From: an uncultured Alphaproteobacteria bacterium
GTDB lineage: Bacteria; Pseudomonadota; Alphaproteobacteria; Rhodobacterales; Rhodobacteraceae
Direction of reading: 5' to 3'
NCBI GenBank assembly: GCA_963836255.1
Contig: CAWIIL010000003.1
Span: forward strand, 9,910 to 73,909
Length of the DNA: 64,000 bases
In this document: positions 29,152 to 39,663 of the stretch, piece by piece
Layout of the letters: each line of letters starts with the position of its first letter
Position numbering within the stretch: the first letter of the stretch is position 1
Made by a program: the position numbers and the translations under genes
The notes under the pieces: generated by a model
Seen by the model: only the letters and a program-made list of their open reading frames with translations
What the model was told of the DNA's origin: nothing
The model's database searches: none

Positions 29152-30789
29152 TCAATCGCCCTCTACGGGCAGTTCGACGCCTCCGCTGGCCAGAAGCTCG
29201 TCGAGCCAGTCGGGGTCCATCTCCGGCACCGAGCGCAGCAGCAGTTCGGTGTAGGGATCGTGGGGCGGAGTGAAGATCTCCGTCTTCTCACCCTTCTCGA
29301 CCACGCGGCCCTCCTTCATTACCACCACCTCGTCGGCGATGGCGCGCACCGTCGCGATGTCGTGGGTGATGAACATGTAGGCCAGATCGAGCTCGGTCTG
29401 CAGTCGATCCAGCAGCCGCAGGATGCCCTCGGCCACAAGCTGGTCGAGGGCGCTGGTGACTTCGTCGCAGATGATGACGCTCGGCTCTGCGGCCAGCGCG
29501 CGCGCGATGCCGATGCGTTGTTTCTGTCCGCCGGAGAGCTCGGAAGGCAGGCGGTCGATGAACTCGCCGGGATCTAGCTCGATCAGCGCCAGCAACTCCC
29601 GCACCCGCGTCTCGAGCGCCCGCCCGCGAAGCCCGAGATAGAAGCCTGCCGGACGGCCGATGATCTCGCGGATCTTGAGCTTCGGGTTCAGCGCGGTGTC
29701 GGCCATCTGATAGATCATCTGAGTCTGTCGCAGCTGATCCTTGCTTCGCTGGCGGAACGATTGGGGCAGGGGGACGCCATCGAAACGGACCTCGCCCTCG
29801 AGCGGCGGCAGCAGGCCGGTGAGCACACGTGCAGTCGTCGACTTGCCCGAGCCGGATTCACCGACCACCGCGACCGTGCGGCCCCGGTGCACGTCGAAGC
29901 TGACGTCGAAGAGCACCTTCATGTCGCCGTAGGCGGCGGTGACGTTGTCGATGGCGATCGCCGGGGTCGCGCCGCGGGCGGGCTCGGGCTTGGCCTCCGC
30001 CCGGAAGCTGCGAACCGCCCAGAGCGACTTCGTGTAGTCCTCCTCTGGGGCGTTGAGCATCTTGCGCGTCTCGGCGGTCTCGACGACCTCACCATAGCGC
30101 AGCACCATGATCCGGTCGGCCATCTGTGCTACCACCGCGAGGTCGTGAGTGATGTATATCGCTGCGGTGCCGCTTTCGGCGACGATGTCGCGGATCGCCG
30201 TCAGGACGCCGATCTGGGTGGTCACGTCCAGCGCCGTCGTCGGCTCGTCGAAGATGATGAGATCGGGGCGGCAGATCATCGCCATCGCCGTCATCGCGCG
30301 CTGGAGCTGGCCGCCGGAGACCTGGTGAGGATAGCGGAAGCCGATCACGCCGGGGTCCGGCAGCTTCATCTGGGTGAACAGGGTGATCGCGTCAGCCTGG
30401 GCTTCCCGTCGGCCGGTCAGGCCGCGGTCGAGTGGAACCTCCGTGCACTGATCGATGATCTTGTGCGCGGGATTGAAGCTCGCCGCCGCCGACTGTGCGA
30501 CATAGGCGATGCGTTGCCCGCGCAGCCTGCGCCGGGCGGCGCCGTGAGCGAGCATGTCGACGCCGTCGAACTCCACCGAGCCCGCGGAAATGCGGCAGCC
30601 GTCGCGGGCGTAGCCCATCGCCGCGAGGCCGAGCGTCGACTTGCCTGCGCCCAACTCGCCGATGAGCCCGAGAACCTCGCCGCGCCGGAGCGTCAGGTCG
30701 ATGTCCTGCACGATCGGCGACCAGACCTCGTCGGACCGGCCCTCGATGTGAAGGCCAAGCATCGTCAGGAGGGGAAGGGCTTCGATCAC
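29152..30789 (-). CDS. ABC transporter ATP-binding protein, fused double ATPase (Dpp/Opp D-F type)
   Basis: Two Walker A motifs (GELGAGKST, GESGSGKST) and two signatures (VSGGQLQR, LSGGQKQR). Confidence 0.9.
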   Translation of the reverse strand: MIEALPLLTMLGLHIEGRSDEVWSPIVQDIDLTLRRGEVLGLIGELGAGKSTLGLAAMGYARDGCRISAGSVEFDGVDMLAHGAARRRLRGQRIAYVAQSAAASFNPAHKIIDQCTEVPLDRGLTGRREAQADAITLFTQMKLPDPGVIGFRYPHQVSGGQLQRAMTAMAMICRPDLIIFDEPTTALDVTTQIGVLTAIRDIVAESGTAAIYITHDLAVVAQMADRIMVLRYGEVVETAETRKMLNAPEEDYTKSLWAVRSFRAEAKPEPARGATPAIAIDNVTAAYGDMKVLFDVSFDVHRGRTVAVVGESGSGKSTTARVLTGLLPPLEGEVRFDGVPLPQSFRQRSKDQLRQTQMIYQMADTALNPKLKIREIIGRPAGFYLGLRGRALETRVRELLALIELDPGEFIDRLPSELSGGQKQRIGIARALAAEPSVIICDEVTSALDQLVAEGILRLLDRLQTELDLAYMFITHDIATVRAIADEVVVMKEGRVVEKGEKTEIFTPPHDPYTELLLRSVPEMDPDWLDELLASGGVELPVEGD

Positions 30790-30793
30790 TCGC

Positions 30794-31609
30794 TTATTCC
30801 TTCAGCCCGCTGGCGCGGTGCAGCATCCAGTCCACAACGAAGTTGACCGCCACGGTCAGGAGCGCGATCGCCCCCGCGGGCAGAAGGGGCGTGATGTCAC
30901 CAAAGGTGATCAACGTCGCGTTGTCGCGCACCATCGATCCCCAGTCGGCGGTGGGCGGTTGGATGCCGAGCCCGAGAAAGCTCAGCGCCGAGATCGCGAG
31001 GAACACGAAACAGAACCGGAGCCCGAACTCGGCGACCAGCGGGGCCGCGGCGTTGGGCAGGATCTCCCGACGGATGAGATACCAAAGGCCCTCGCCGCGC
31101 AGCCTAGCTGCCTCGATGTAGTCCATCACCACTATGTTCGCCGCCACCGCGCGGGCAAGTCGAAAGACCCGGGTGGAATCGATGATCGCGATGACGATGA
31201 TCATGTTGACCACCGAGGTCCCCAGAATGGTGAGCAGCAGAAGCGCGAAGATCAACGCCGGGATCGCCATCAGGAAATCGACGAAGCGGCTGAGCAACTG
31301 GTCCAGCCATCCGCCGATAGTCGCCGCCAGCAGCCCGAGGATCGAGCCGATCAGAAAGGCGAGAAAGGTCGTCACCAGCGCGATGCCGACGGTGTTGCGC
31401 GCCCCATAGATCAGCCGGCTCAACATGTCGCGACCGAGATTGTCGGTGCCGAGCGGATGCGCGGCGCTCCAGGGCTGATACTGGCTCCCGACCACCTCGC
31501 GCTCTCCGAACGGCGCGATCACCGGGGCGAAGACCGCGACGAGGATGTAGATCGCGATGACCACGAGCCCGAACCATGCGGTGGGCGGCGCCTTTCGGAG
31601 CGACTTCAT
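30794..31609 (-). CDS. ABC transporter permease (DppC/OppC-like)
   Basis: BPD-transporter permease with N-terminal HPLGTDNLGRD motif. ATG 31609 preferred over GTG 31627. Confidence 0.9.
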   Translation of the reverse strand: MKSLRKAPPTAWFGLVVIAIYILVAVFAPVIAPFGEREVVGSQYQPWSAAHPLGTDNLGRDMLSRLIYGARNTVGIALVTTFLAFLIGSILGLLAATIGGWLDQLLSRFVDFLMAIPALIFALLLLTILGTSVVNMIIVIAIIDSTRVFRLARAVAANIVVMDYIEAARLRGEGLWYLIRREILPNAAAPLVAEFGLRFCFVFLAISALSFLGLGIQPPTADWGSMVRDNATLITFGDITPLLPAGAIALLTVAVNFVVDWMLHRASGLKE

Positions 31610-31639
31610 GATGGCGTGATGGTTCACGGGCGCTCCGCT

Positions 31640-32575
31640 TCAGCGCTTGTGCACGAGGCGCGGGTTCGACAGCGTCGAGAGTACGTCCGCCGTCAGGTTC
31701 AGCATAACGTAAGCCGCGGCGAAGATCAGCGCGACCGCTTGCACGACGGTCACGTCGCGCTTGGAGACCGAGTCGACGATCAGCTGTCCAAGCCCGGGAT
31801 AGACGAAGACCACCTCGACCACGACGACGCCAGTGATCAGATAGGCGAGGTTGAGCGCGACCACGTTGATGATCGGCGCAAGCGCGTTTGGCAGAGCGTG
31901 GCGCGTGATGATCTTCGATGGCGCAACCCCCTTCAGGCGCGCCATCTCGATGTAGGGCGAAGCCATCAGATTGATGATCGCAGCCCGGGTCATGCGCATC
32001 ATGTGCGCGGTCACCACCAGCGTCAGCGTCAGCGCAGGCAGGAATGTCCGGTAGAGCCGCTCCCCGAGCGCCATGTCCGGCGAGACGTTGGCTATGGACG
32101 GAAACAGCCCTGACTGCGCCAGGAAGTAGATCAGGATGTAGGCGACGAAGAACTCCGGGAACGAGATCGACGTCAGCGTGAAGATATTGACGGCGCGGTC
32201 GTAGAAGGAATTGCGATAGAGAGCTGCAAGGATGCCGAGCGTCAGCGACAGCGGGACCGAGATCATCGCCGCGTAGCCCGCCAGAAAGAGCGTGTTGGCC
32301 AGACGCGTGCCGATGAGGTCGCTGATTGGCCGCCCGTTGGCGAGCGAGACGCCGAAATCTCCCTGGACCACGCCGCCGAGCCAGCTGAAGTATCGGACGT
32401 AGGCGGGTTGATCGAGCCCCATCTCCTTGCGCAGCGCGGCAACGGTCTCGGGCGTCGCCGACTGGCCGAGGATCTCATCAGCGATGTCGCCGGGCAGAAG
32501 CTCGACGGCGCCGAAGATGAACAGCGAGATCAGAAACAGCGTGAGCAGACCGAGCGAGAGCCGCTTGAGGATCAT
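31640..32575 (-). CDS. ABC transporter permease (DppB/OppB-like)
   Basis: MILKRLSLGLLTLFLISLFIFG N-terminus. ATG 32575 preferred over GTG 32593. Confidence 0.9.
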   Translation of the reverse strand: MILKRLSLGLLTLFLISLFIFGAVELLPGDIADEILGQSATPETVAALRKEMGLDQPAYVRYFSWLGGVVQGDFGVSLANGRPISDLIGTRLANTLFLAGYAAMISVPLSLTLGILAALYRNSFYDRAVNIFTLTSISFPEFFVAYILIYFLAQSGLFPSIANVSPDMALGERLYRTFLPALTLTLVVTAHMMRMTRAAIINLMASPYIEMARLKGVAPSKIITRHALPNALAPIINVVALNLAYLITGVVVVEVVFVYPGLGQLIVDSVSKRDVTVVQAVALIFAAAYVMLNLTADVLSTLSNPRLVHKR

Positions 32576-32661
32576 CGTCCAGATGGTTCCCACGGGCTTC
32601 TCCCGAGCTTGGCTTTTAGTGTCGCTCGCCCTCGGGCGATGCGTTCACGCTCCGCTGCGGC

Positions 32662-34242
32662 TCAGGCGAACCACCAACGCTCAATCGCGCGGAAACCGTC
32701 CATCGTCCAGTTGGACCCGATCACCTCTGGATGCGCCACGGCGTCGGTATGCGCGATGACGTAGCTTGCAAACATCGGGATTACAGCGCCGCCCTGGTCC
32801 CTTACCAGTTCCTGCATCTCTCGATACATCTCTGCGCGTGTGTTGTCGTCGAGTTCGGAACGCGCCTCGGTCAGCAGCATGTTGAAGCGCTCGTTCTCCC
32901 AGAACGTGTCGTTCCAGGCGACGCCTGATGCGTAGGCCGTCGAGAACATCCAGTCTGGGGTCGGCCGACCACCCCAGTAGACCGCCGACCACGGCTTGAC
33001 CATCCAGACATCTGACCAGTAGCCGTCGTTCGGCTCGCGAACGACCTCGATGTTGATACCTGCGGCGGCGGCCTTTTCGGAGTAGAGCACTGCCGCGTCG
33101 ACGGCGCCGCCGAAGGCCGCGTCCGCGGCGCTGAGCTTGACGTCGAGCGAGTCGAGGCCCGCCTCCTTGAGGTGGAACCTCGCCCGGTCCGGATCGTAGG
33201 CTCGTTGTTCCAGATCGGCCCAGAACGGCTGCGATCGCCCGATGGGGTGGTCGTTGCCAAGTTCGCCGAATCCGTTGAGCACCTTGTCGACCAGCTCCTG
33301 GCGATCGATCGCGTATTTCAACGCCAGCCGCACGTTGTTGTCGTCGAACGGGGCCGCACGAGTGTCCATCGCGAAGGTGTAGTGCTGTGTCCCTGTCGGG
33401 GCGAGGATCTCGATGTTGGGCGCGCGCTCGAGCAGATGCACGGTCTTCAGATCGACCCGATCGATGCAGTCGACCTCGCCGGTGATCAGCGCGTTCTGCC
33501 GGGCGACGGGGTCGATGATCGCCAGCATCTCGACCGCGTCGAAATGCGCCCGGTCCTCCTTCCAATAGTCGGGATTGCGAGAGAGCGTCGCCCGTACGCC
33601 GGGTTCATAGCTCTCCACCACGTAGCCGCCGCAGCCGTCGGGGCTGGAGGTGTCGATACGGCCCTCGATCGCTGGCATGATGGCGAGATGATAATCCGAC
33701 ATCATGAACGGGAAGTCGGCGTTTCCCGCGTCGAGCGTGAACACGACCGCGCCCGGACCGTCGGCGACGATCTCGACGATCGGCGCGACGATCGGCTTGG
33801 CTGCCGAGGTGCTGTCTTCACCCCGGTGATGGTTGATCGACGCGATCACGTCTTCGGCCGTTACCGTTCCTCCGCCATGGAAGGTGACGCCGTCGCGAAG
33901 CTTGAATGTCCAGGTGGCCGCATCCGGCGAGGCCTGCCAGCCTTCCGCGACTTCGCCGATGAGCATCCCGTCAGCCGCGACTTCGGTGAGATTGCCGTGC
34001 CTTGCGGTGGCGAACACCTGAGCGAAGGCGTTGTCCCAGACGCCGGGATCGTAGCTGTCCGACGTGCTGCCGTGGCCCATTGCGAGTCGGAACGTTCCGC
34101 CAGGCTTTGGCTGGGCCATGGCCGCCCGCGATCCCAGGGGACCAAGGAGCGTGATGGCGCCTATGCCTGCTACGCCGCGAAGCAGGCCGCGACGATCCGT
34201 GTCGAGGCCCAAGCGCGGTCCACCCGGTAATGCGTTCTTCAA
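32662..34242 (-). CDS. ABC transporter substrate-binding protein, family 5 (peptide/nickel type), Tat-signal
   Basis: TTG 34242 preceded by GGGGGAGA. Twin-arginine signal DRRGLLRGVAGIGAITLL...AMAQ. 526 aa. The longer track ORF has an implausible Arg-rich N-terminus. Confidence 0.8.
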   Translation of the reverse strand: MKNALPGGPRLGLDTDRRGLLRGVAGIGAITLLGPLGSRAAMAQPKPGGTFRLAMGHGSTSDSYDPGVWDNAFAQVFATARHGNLTEVAADGMLIGEVAEGWQASPDAATWTFKLRDGVTFHGGGTVTAEDVIASINHHRGEDSTSAAKPIVAPIVEIVADGPGAVVFTLDAGNADFPFMMSDYHLAIMPAIEGRIDTSSPDGCGGYVVESYEPGVRATLSRNPDYWKEDRAHFDAVEMLAIIDPVARQNALITGEVDCIDRVDLKTVHLLERAPNIEILAPTGTQHYTFAMDTRAAPFDDNNVRLALKYAIDRQELVDKVLNGFGELGNDHPIGRSQPFWADLEQRAYDPDRARFHLKEAGLDSLDVKLSAADAAFGGAVDAAVLYSEKAAAAGINIEVVREPNDGYWSDVWMVKPWSAVYWGGRPTPDWMFSTAYASGVAWNDTFWENERFNMLLTEARSELDDNTRAEMYREMQELVRDQGGAVIPMFASYVIAHTDAVAHPEVIGSNWTMDGFRAIERWWFA

Positions 34243-34407
34243 GGTCGTTCTCCCCCTGCGGCCATCGCCGTCCGGGCCGGGCCATGAGGTGCGTCCTCCG
34301 GGCTGGCGCCGGCGGCGAACCAGCGCGATTGTCCTGTGCGAAGGTGACCGCAAACCGCCAGCATTGCAACCGTGGGGTCCGGGATCGGCCTCCGGGGCTT
34401 TGCCGGC

Positions 34408-34436
34408 TTGACGCAAATCTCCGCCCCGCCTATCTA
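34408..34436 (+). promoter_or_regulatory. candidate sigma70-type promoter of the tRNA gene
   Basis: TTGACG (34408-34413), 17-nt spacer, TATCTA (34431-34436), 10 nt before the tRNA 5' end. Confidence 0.45.
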
Positions 34437-34446
34437 GCGCCGTCGT

Positions 34447-34523
34447 GGCGGAGTAGCTCAGCTGGTTAGAGCAGCGGAATCATAATCCGCGTGTCGGGGG
34501 TTCAAGTCCCTCCTCCGCTACCA
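34447..34523 (+). tRNA. tRNA with CAT anticodon (elongator Met; a lysidine-modified Ile2 cannot be excluded)
   Basis: Cloverleaf folded by hand. Acceptor GGCGGAG/CTCCGCT (G1-U72 wobble), D arm GCTC-AGCTGGTTA-GAGC, anticodon arm GCGGA-ATCATAA-TCCGC, T arm GGGGG-TTCAAGT-CCCTC, encoded CCA. Confidence 0.9.
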
Positions 34524-34673
34524 GACAACGCCTTGCCCAAATTGTCTTTCTTCGCCGTAGTCGGTTCATCTGGCGACTGCTCCCCGGCTATGGGCCGCAG
34601 GATCGTCTTCGACACATCCAAATTCGCACGGAGCGGCTGCCTAGGGTTCCCGGCGAGCGAAGAGCATGCCAGC

Positions 34674-35072
34674 CTCTGCGTGGTGGTCGAGACAGGCGCG
34701 CATCATGTGAGCGTGCTCGACGGCGACCGCTTCGAGGTGATTGACCGGTTTCCGACGCCATTCGCGGTGCACGGCGGGCCGAAATTCGCGCCCGACGGGC
34801 GGTTCGTGTTCGTCATGTCGCGCGACGGCTGGGTGCAGAAATACGATCTGTGGTCGCTGTCCGAGGTCGGCCGGGTCCGCGCCGGGCTCAACAGCCGCAA
34901 CATCGCGATGTCCAAGGACGGCAAGTGGCTGGCGGTGGCGAATTACCTGCCCATGTGCCTGACCATCCTGTCGACGGAAGATCTGACCGTCGCCCGGACG
35001 TTCGACGTCGCGTCGAAGGAGGACGCGCCGAGCCGCGTCTCGGCGGTCTATCAGGCGCCGCAGCGCGACAGC
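34674..35072 (+). pseudogene. fragment of a cytochrome d1-domain (NirF/NirN/NirS-type beta-propeller) gene
   Basis: About 133 aa (VVVETGAHHVSVLDGDRFEV...DGRFVFVMSRDGWVQKYDL...NSRNIAMSKDGKWLAVANY...[14 protein letters not shown]) resemble the middle of NirF-like proteins. No credible start, and the ORF begins inside the tRNA. Homology stops abruptly at about 35072. Confidence 0.55.
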
Positions 35073-35187
35073 GGGCACTGGCGGAAATGCGTGTGTTGCC
35101 GTGGCGCGAGTTCTTGGGCAGGTTCACCTCCGCCGCTTGCGCGCGTCGGCGCGCGACAGGCGCGATCTGACGCAGGGTCGAGAAGAC

Positions 35188-36198
35188 ATGAGCGTAGCAA
35201 CAGGGATAGTCGGCGTCGGCGCGATCGGACGTGATCATGCCCGCCGCATCGAACAGGTTCTGCCTGGCGCGCGGGTCTCGGCGCTCTTCGACATCGAGAG
35301 CGCGCGGGCGGAGTCTGTCCGGGAGGCGATCTCGCCGAATGCGGTGGTGCACCAGACCGGCGAAGCGCTGATCGCGTCCCCGGGCGTGGACGCGGTGCTG
35401 GTGGCTTCGACTGGCGCTACCCACGAGCGCTATGTGCTGGCCGCGATCGCCGCGGGCAAACCGTGCTTCTGCGAGAAGCCTCTCGCGACCACGGCCGACG
35501 GCGCGCGGCGGATCGTGGACGCCGAGATCGCGGGCGGCGCGAGACTGGTGCAGGTCGGCTTCATGCGCCGTTATGACGCCGGCTACCGGATGCTGAAGGA
35601 GGCGGCCGACGAAGCGATCGGCCGGCCGCTGATGGTGCACGCGGCCCATCGCAACCCAGCGTCGCCCGAGGGATATGTCAGCGCCATGGCGATCCACGAC
35701 ACGCTCATCCACGAGATCGACGTGCTGCGCTGGCTGCTGGAGGACGACTACGTCTCGGCGCAGGTGCTGCTGCCACGCCGGACCGCCCACGCGCCGGCGG
35801 GCTTGGTCGACCCGCAGGTCGTGCTTCTCGAGACCGCTGGAGGCGTGCGGATCGACGTCGAGGTCTTCGTGAACTGCCGCTACGGCTATGATATCCGCTG
35901 CGAGGTGGTTGGTGAGGAAGGGACCGCGCGTCTGCCCGAGCCGATGGCGGTCGCCCTGCGCCGGGACGCTGTGCTGTCAAGGCCGATCCTGACCGACTGG
36001 AAGGAGCGCTTCATCGAAAGCTATGACGCGGAACTGCGGGACTTTATGGTGCAGGCCGCTCGGGGCGGCGCGTCCGGTCCGAGCGCCTGGGACGGCTACG
36101 CCGCCGCCGTCGCAGCTGACGCCTGCCTCGCGGCGCAGGCGGCCCCTGGTCGCATCGTGCCAATCGAGTTGCCGGACCGGCCGGCGTTCTACGACTGA
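35188..36198 (+). CDS. iolG: myo-inositol 2-dehydrogenase (Gfo/Idh/MocA family)
   Basis: GVGAIGRDH Rossmann motif, [41 protein letters not shown] and GPSAWDGY all parallel B. subtilis IolG. ATG 35188. Confidence 0.85.
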   Translation: MSVATGIVGVGAIGRDHARRIEQVLPGARVSALFDIESARAESVREAISPNAVVHQTGEALIASPGVDAVLVASTGATHERYVLAAIAAGKPCFCEKPLATTADGARRIVDAEIAGGARLVQVGFMRRYDAGYRMLKEAADEAIGRPLMVHAAHRNPASPEGYVSAMAIHDTLIHEIDVLRWLLEDDYVSAQVLLPRRTAHAPAGLVDPQVVLLETAGGVRIDVEVFVNCRYGYDIRCEVVGEEGTARLPEPMAVALRRDAVLSRPILTDWKERFIESYDAELRDFMVQAARGGASGPSAWDGYAAAVAADACLAAQAAPGRIVPIELPDRPAFYD

Positions 36199-36308
36199 TG
36201 GGCGCGGCTACGCCGAGTCCGCTGGGGGCGCCGCCGCATCCGGACATTGCGGCGCGCAACAGCGGCCGCCTCGACGTGTTCACGTATCCCTGACAGACGG
36301 AGCCGCCC

Positions 36309-37148
36309 ATGCCCGACCTTCTTCGACGCCCCTTTGGCAGCCGCGGCAAGGTGCACGAGATCACGCCCGCCGCGGCGGGTTGGCGCTACGTCGGCTTCTC
36401 GCTCTGGCGGCTGCGCCCGGGCGAGATCGCGACCGAGCGCGCTGGCGATCGCGAGGTCATTCTGGTGATGGTCGAAGGCAGGGCGCGGATCGCCGGGGCG
36501 GGGCGGGACTGGGGCGTGCTCGGCGACCGGATGAACGTCTTCGAAAAGACGCCGCCGCATTGCCTCTACCTTCCGGACGGCGCCGACTGGACGGCGACCG
36601 CCGAGACCGACTGCGTGCTCGCGGCCTGCTCCGCGCCGGGCCACGCCGGCCATCCGCCGCGCCGGATCGGCCCGGATGGCATCGCCCTGACGGAGCGCGG
36701 AAGGGGCGCCAACACCCGTCACATCAACAATATCGCCATGGAGAATGAGGACTTCTGCGACTCGCTCCTGGTGACCGAGGTGTTCACGCCGGCCGGACAC
36801 TGGTCCTCCTACCCCAGCCACCGCCACGACGAGGACGACTATCCGCGCGTCACCTATCTCGAAGAGACCTACTATCATCGGCTCAATCCAAAAGACGGCT
36901 TCGGAGTTCAGCGTGTCTATACCGATGACGGCTCGCTCGATGAGACCATGGCCGTGCGCGACGGCGACGTCGTGCTGGTTCCGCGCGGCCACCATCCCTG
37001 CGGCGCGCCCTACGGTTTTGAGATGTACTATCTCAACGTCATGGCCGGCCCGCTGCGGAAGTGGCGGTTCGTGCCGGCGCCGGAGGTGGCGTGGATCATG
37101 GAGCGAGACGCGGCGGACCCGCCCGAGTCCCCCAGCCAGCTCGAGTGA
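36309..37148 (+). CDS. iolB: 5-deoxy-glucuronate isomerase
   Basis: 279-aa cupin with SYPSHRHD and EETYYHRL segments typical of IolB. Confidence 0.85.
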   Translation: MPDLLRRPFGSRGKVHEITPAAAGWRYVGFSLWRLRPGEIATERAGDREVILVMVEGRARIAGAGRDWGVLGDRMNVFEKTPPHCLYLPDGADWTATAETDCVLAACSAPGHAGHPPRRIGPDGIALTERGRGANTRHINNIAMENEDFCDSLLVTEVFTPAGHWSSYPSHRHDEDDYPRVTYLEETYYHRLNPKDGFGVQRVYTDDGSLDETMAVRDGDVVLVPRGHHPCGAPYGFEMYYLNVMAGPLRKWRFVPAPEVAWIMERDAADPPESPSQLE

Positions 37149-37439
37149 CCTTCGAGAGGACAGAGGGGTAGCTGAAAGGCCTGCGCTCCTGAGGATGACG
37201 TCGAAGTTGTTTCAACCCTTCCTTGGCCAACCTGTCGAGTTCGATCGTGTCGGCCAGCCGGGCCGTCCAGCTGTCGGGTCGCGAGGCAATCGGGTCGAAC
37301 AGCGACCGAATCCCGATGGAGGCCGCCGATTTGCTTCCCGGGCGGCGGCGGTTATCTTCGACGTCTTCTGGCCGTAACCAGTTCCTTCAAGCCAAGGGCG
37401 TTGGCCAGCGAAGGCGGACGGATCCGAGGAGAGGCGCGC

Positions 37440-38447
37440 ATGCCCGGTGACCCATCCAGAGAGGCCGCCCGCCTTTCGGTCGCCCCTATGATGGGCTGGA
37501 CCGACCGGCACTGCCGGATGTTCCACCGCCGCTTCACCCGGCGGACGCTGCTCTACACCGAGATGATCACCGCAGCGGCGGTCACGCGCGGATCGCGGGC
37601 GCGGCTTCTGCGCTTCGATCCCGACGAGCGGCCGCTAGCGCTCCAGCTCGGCGGTTCGGGGCCCGCCGAATTGGCCGAGGCGACGCGCATCGCCGTGGAT
37701 CAGGGCTTCGACGAGATCAACCTCAACGTCGGCTGCCCATCCGATCGCGTGCAGTCGGGCTGCTTCGGCGCGGCGCTGATGCGCACGCCCGATCTGGTGG
37801 CGGACTGCGTGGGCGCGATGATCGAAGCGGCGGGCACCACGCCGGTGACGGTCAAGTGCCGCATCGGCGTCGACGAGCAGGATCCGCGCGTGGTGTTGCC
37901 GGACTTCCTGCGGCGCATGATCGACGCCGGCGTGGGCCGCGTCGCCATCCACGCCCGCAAGGCCTGGCTCGAGGGCCTGAGCCCAAAGCAGAATCGCGAG
38001 ATCCCGCCGCTCGACCACGACCTGGTCGTCGCGATGAAGCGCGAGTTCCCCGGGCTCGCCATCTCCATCAACGGCGGCGTCGAGGATCTCGACCAGGCGC
38101 TGGGCTTTCTCGGGCGCGGGCTCGACGGAGTGATGATCGGCCGCGCCGCCTACCACGATCCCGGTCTTCTCGCCGCCGCCGACCGCAGGATCTTCGGAGC
38201 GCCCGGACCCGACCCGACTCCGGAAGCGGCCATCGAGGCGATGCTGCCCTACATCGAGGCCGAACTCGCCGCCGGCGCGCGGCTCCATCAGATCACCCGG
38301 CACATGCTCGGCGCCTTCGCCGGGCGGCCCGGAGCGCGGGCCTGGCGGCGCGCGCTCTCTGAGGCCGCGCACGGCCCGGACGCCGGCACCGGGATTGTGC
38401 TCGCCGCGCTCGATCTCGTCCGCGAGCGCCGCGCGGAAACCGTTTGA
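37440..38447 (+). CDS. dusA: tRNA dihydrouridine(20/20a) synthase DusA
   Basis: LSVAPMMGWTDRHCRMFHR, LQLGGS, INLNVGCPSDRV, HARKAWL. Confidence 0.9.
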   Translation: MPGDPSREAARLSVAPMMGWTDRHCRMFHRRFTRRTLLYTEMITAAAVTRGSRARLLRFDPDERPLALQLGGSGPAELAEATRIAVDQGFDEINLNVGCPSDRVQSGCFGAALMRTPDLVADCVGAMIEAAGTTPVTVKCRIGVDEQDPRVVLPDFLRRMIDAGVGRVAIHARKAWLEGLSPKQNREIPPLDHDLVVAMKREFPGLAISINGGVEDLDQALGFLGRGLDGVMIGRAAYHDPGLLAAADRRIFGAPGPDPTPEAAIEAMLPYIEAELAAGARLHQITRHMLGAFAGRPGARAWRRALSEAAHGPDAGTGIVLAALDLVRERRAETV

Positions 38448-38478
38448 AGCGCGTCGCGGCGCGAGGTAGGGCCGGGCG

Positions 38479-39312
38479 ATGACCGCCGCCGACGTCCCGC
38501 TCCTGATCCAGCTCGCCCTGCTTCTGCTCGCTATCGGCGCCTTCGCGGGCGTGATCGCGGGACTGCTCGGCGTCGGCGGCGGCATCGTGCTGGTGCCGAC
38601 CTTCCTCTACGCCTTCACCAGCCTCAGCTTCGACGGTCCGCGCATCATGCAGGTTTGCCTGGCCACCTCGCTGGCGACCATTGTCGTCACCTCCTGGCGC
38701 TCCGTGCGCGCCCACGACCGGCGCGGGGCGGTGGACTGGACGATCCTGCGGGCCTGGGCGCCGGGCATCGCCGTCGGAGCGGCGGTGGCGGTGGTCGTCG
38801 CGGGCGGGATGCGATCGACCGCGCTGATGCTGATCTTCGGGATTCTGGGAACCTTCGTCGGGCTCTACATAGGCTTCGGCCGCGACGGCTGGCGGCTAGG
38901 CGACGCTATGCCCGCGGGCGTCGCCCGCCTCTTGACCGGCCCTGCGATCGGCTTTCTCTCGGTGCTCATGGGCATCGGCGGCGGCAGCTTCGGGGTGCCG
39001 CTGATGCGCCTGTTCGGCGTGCCGATCCATCGCGCCGTGGCCACAGCGGCGGGCTTCGGCATGGTGATCGCGGTGCCCTCGGTGGCGGGCTTCCTGCTCT
39101 CGGGCTGGGCGGTCCCGGACAAGCCGCCTCTCACGGTCGGATACGTCAACCTGCCCGCCTTCGCGATCGTGGTGCTGATGACGCTGCTGACCGCGCCGCT
39201 GGGCGCGCGCCTCGCCCACGCCATGGATCCCTCGCCGCTGAAGCGGGTCTTCGCGCTCTTCATCATCGTGATGGCGCTCAACATGCTGCGAAAGGCGCTG
39301 CTGATCGGCTGA
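38479..39312 (+). CDS. TauE/SafE-family sulfite exporter-like membrane protein
   Basis: Polytopic protein with repeated GxxGxGGG segments (GLLGVGGGIVLVP, MGIGGGSFGVP). Confidence 0.8.
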   Translation: MTAADVPLLIQLALLLLAIGAFAGVIAGLLGVGGGIVLVPTFLYAFTSLSFDGPRIMQVCLATSLATIVVTSWRSVRAHDRRGAVDWTILRAWAPGIAVGAAVAVVVAGGMRSTALMLIFGILGTFVGLYIGFGRDGWRLGDAMPAGVARLLTGPAIGFLSVLMGIGGGSFGVPLMRLFGVPIHRAVATAAGFGMVIAVPSVAGFLLSGWAVPDKPPLTVGYVNLPAFAIVVLMTLLTAPLGARLAHAMDPSPLKRVFALFIIVMALNMLRKALLIG

Positions 39313-39321
39313 GCGAGCGGG

Positions 39322-39567
39322 TCAGCCCTGGCCGCCGCCGCGCCGCGCCGCGCGTCCGCCGCGACGGGCCGGCCGCGTTGCGGCCTCCCGCCCCGGCAGT
39401 TCGGCCATGACCCGGGATCGGGCCGCCGCGCCCATCCGGCCCCATCCGGCGATCTCGTCGATGGTGCGCCGGCAGCCGAGGCAGAGCCGGGAGGCCGGAT
39501 CGATGACGCAGATCTTGACGCAGGGGCTTTCGATCTCGTCGCGCCGCCAGACCTCGTCGCTGCTCAT
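39322..39567 (-). CDS. DUF1289-family small Cys-rich protein
   Basis: SPCVKICVIDPASRLCLGCRRTIDEIAGW. ATG 39567. Confidence 0.75.
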   Translation of the reverse strand: MSSDEVWRRDEIESPCVKICVIDPASRLCLGCRRTIDEIAGWGRMGAAARSRVMAELPGREAATRPARRGGRAARRGGGQG

Positions 39568-39663
39568 GCGCCTTCCTCGTCGACCAGCCCGCCGTCCGGG
39601 CGGATCCTGGGCCATATAGCCCGGGCGCGAGGGAAGGGTCGAGCCCTCCGCACGCCCGCCCTC

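Noticed and set aside
34491-35234. 247-aa ORF as an intact gene
   Set aside because: Its start lies inside the tRNA gene. Only the central 133 aa show d1-domain similarity, and the C-terminal 50 aa are Arg-rich out-of-context sequence. It is treated as a gene fragment.
37149-37439. DusA-associated integrase island or attachment site upstream of dusA
   Set aside because: No integrase gene is present and dusA has a normal N-terminus. The 290-nt spacer shows only short start-less frames.
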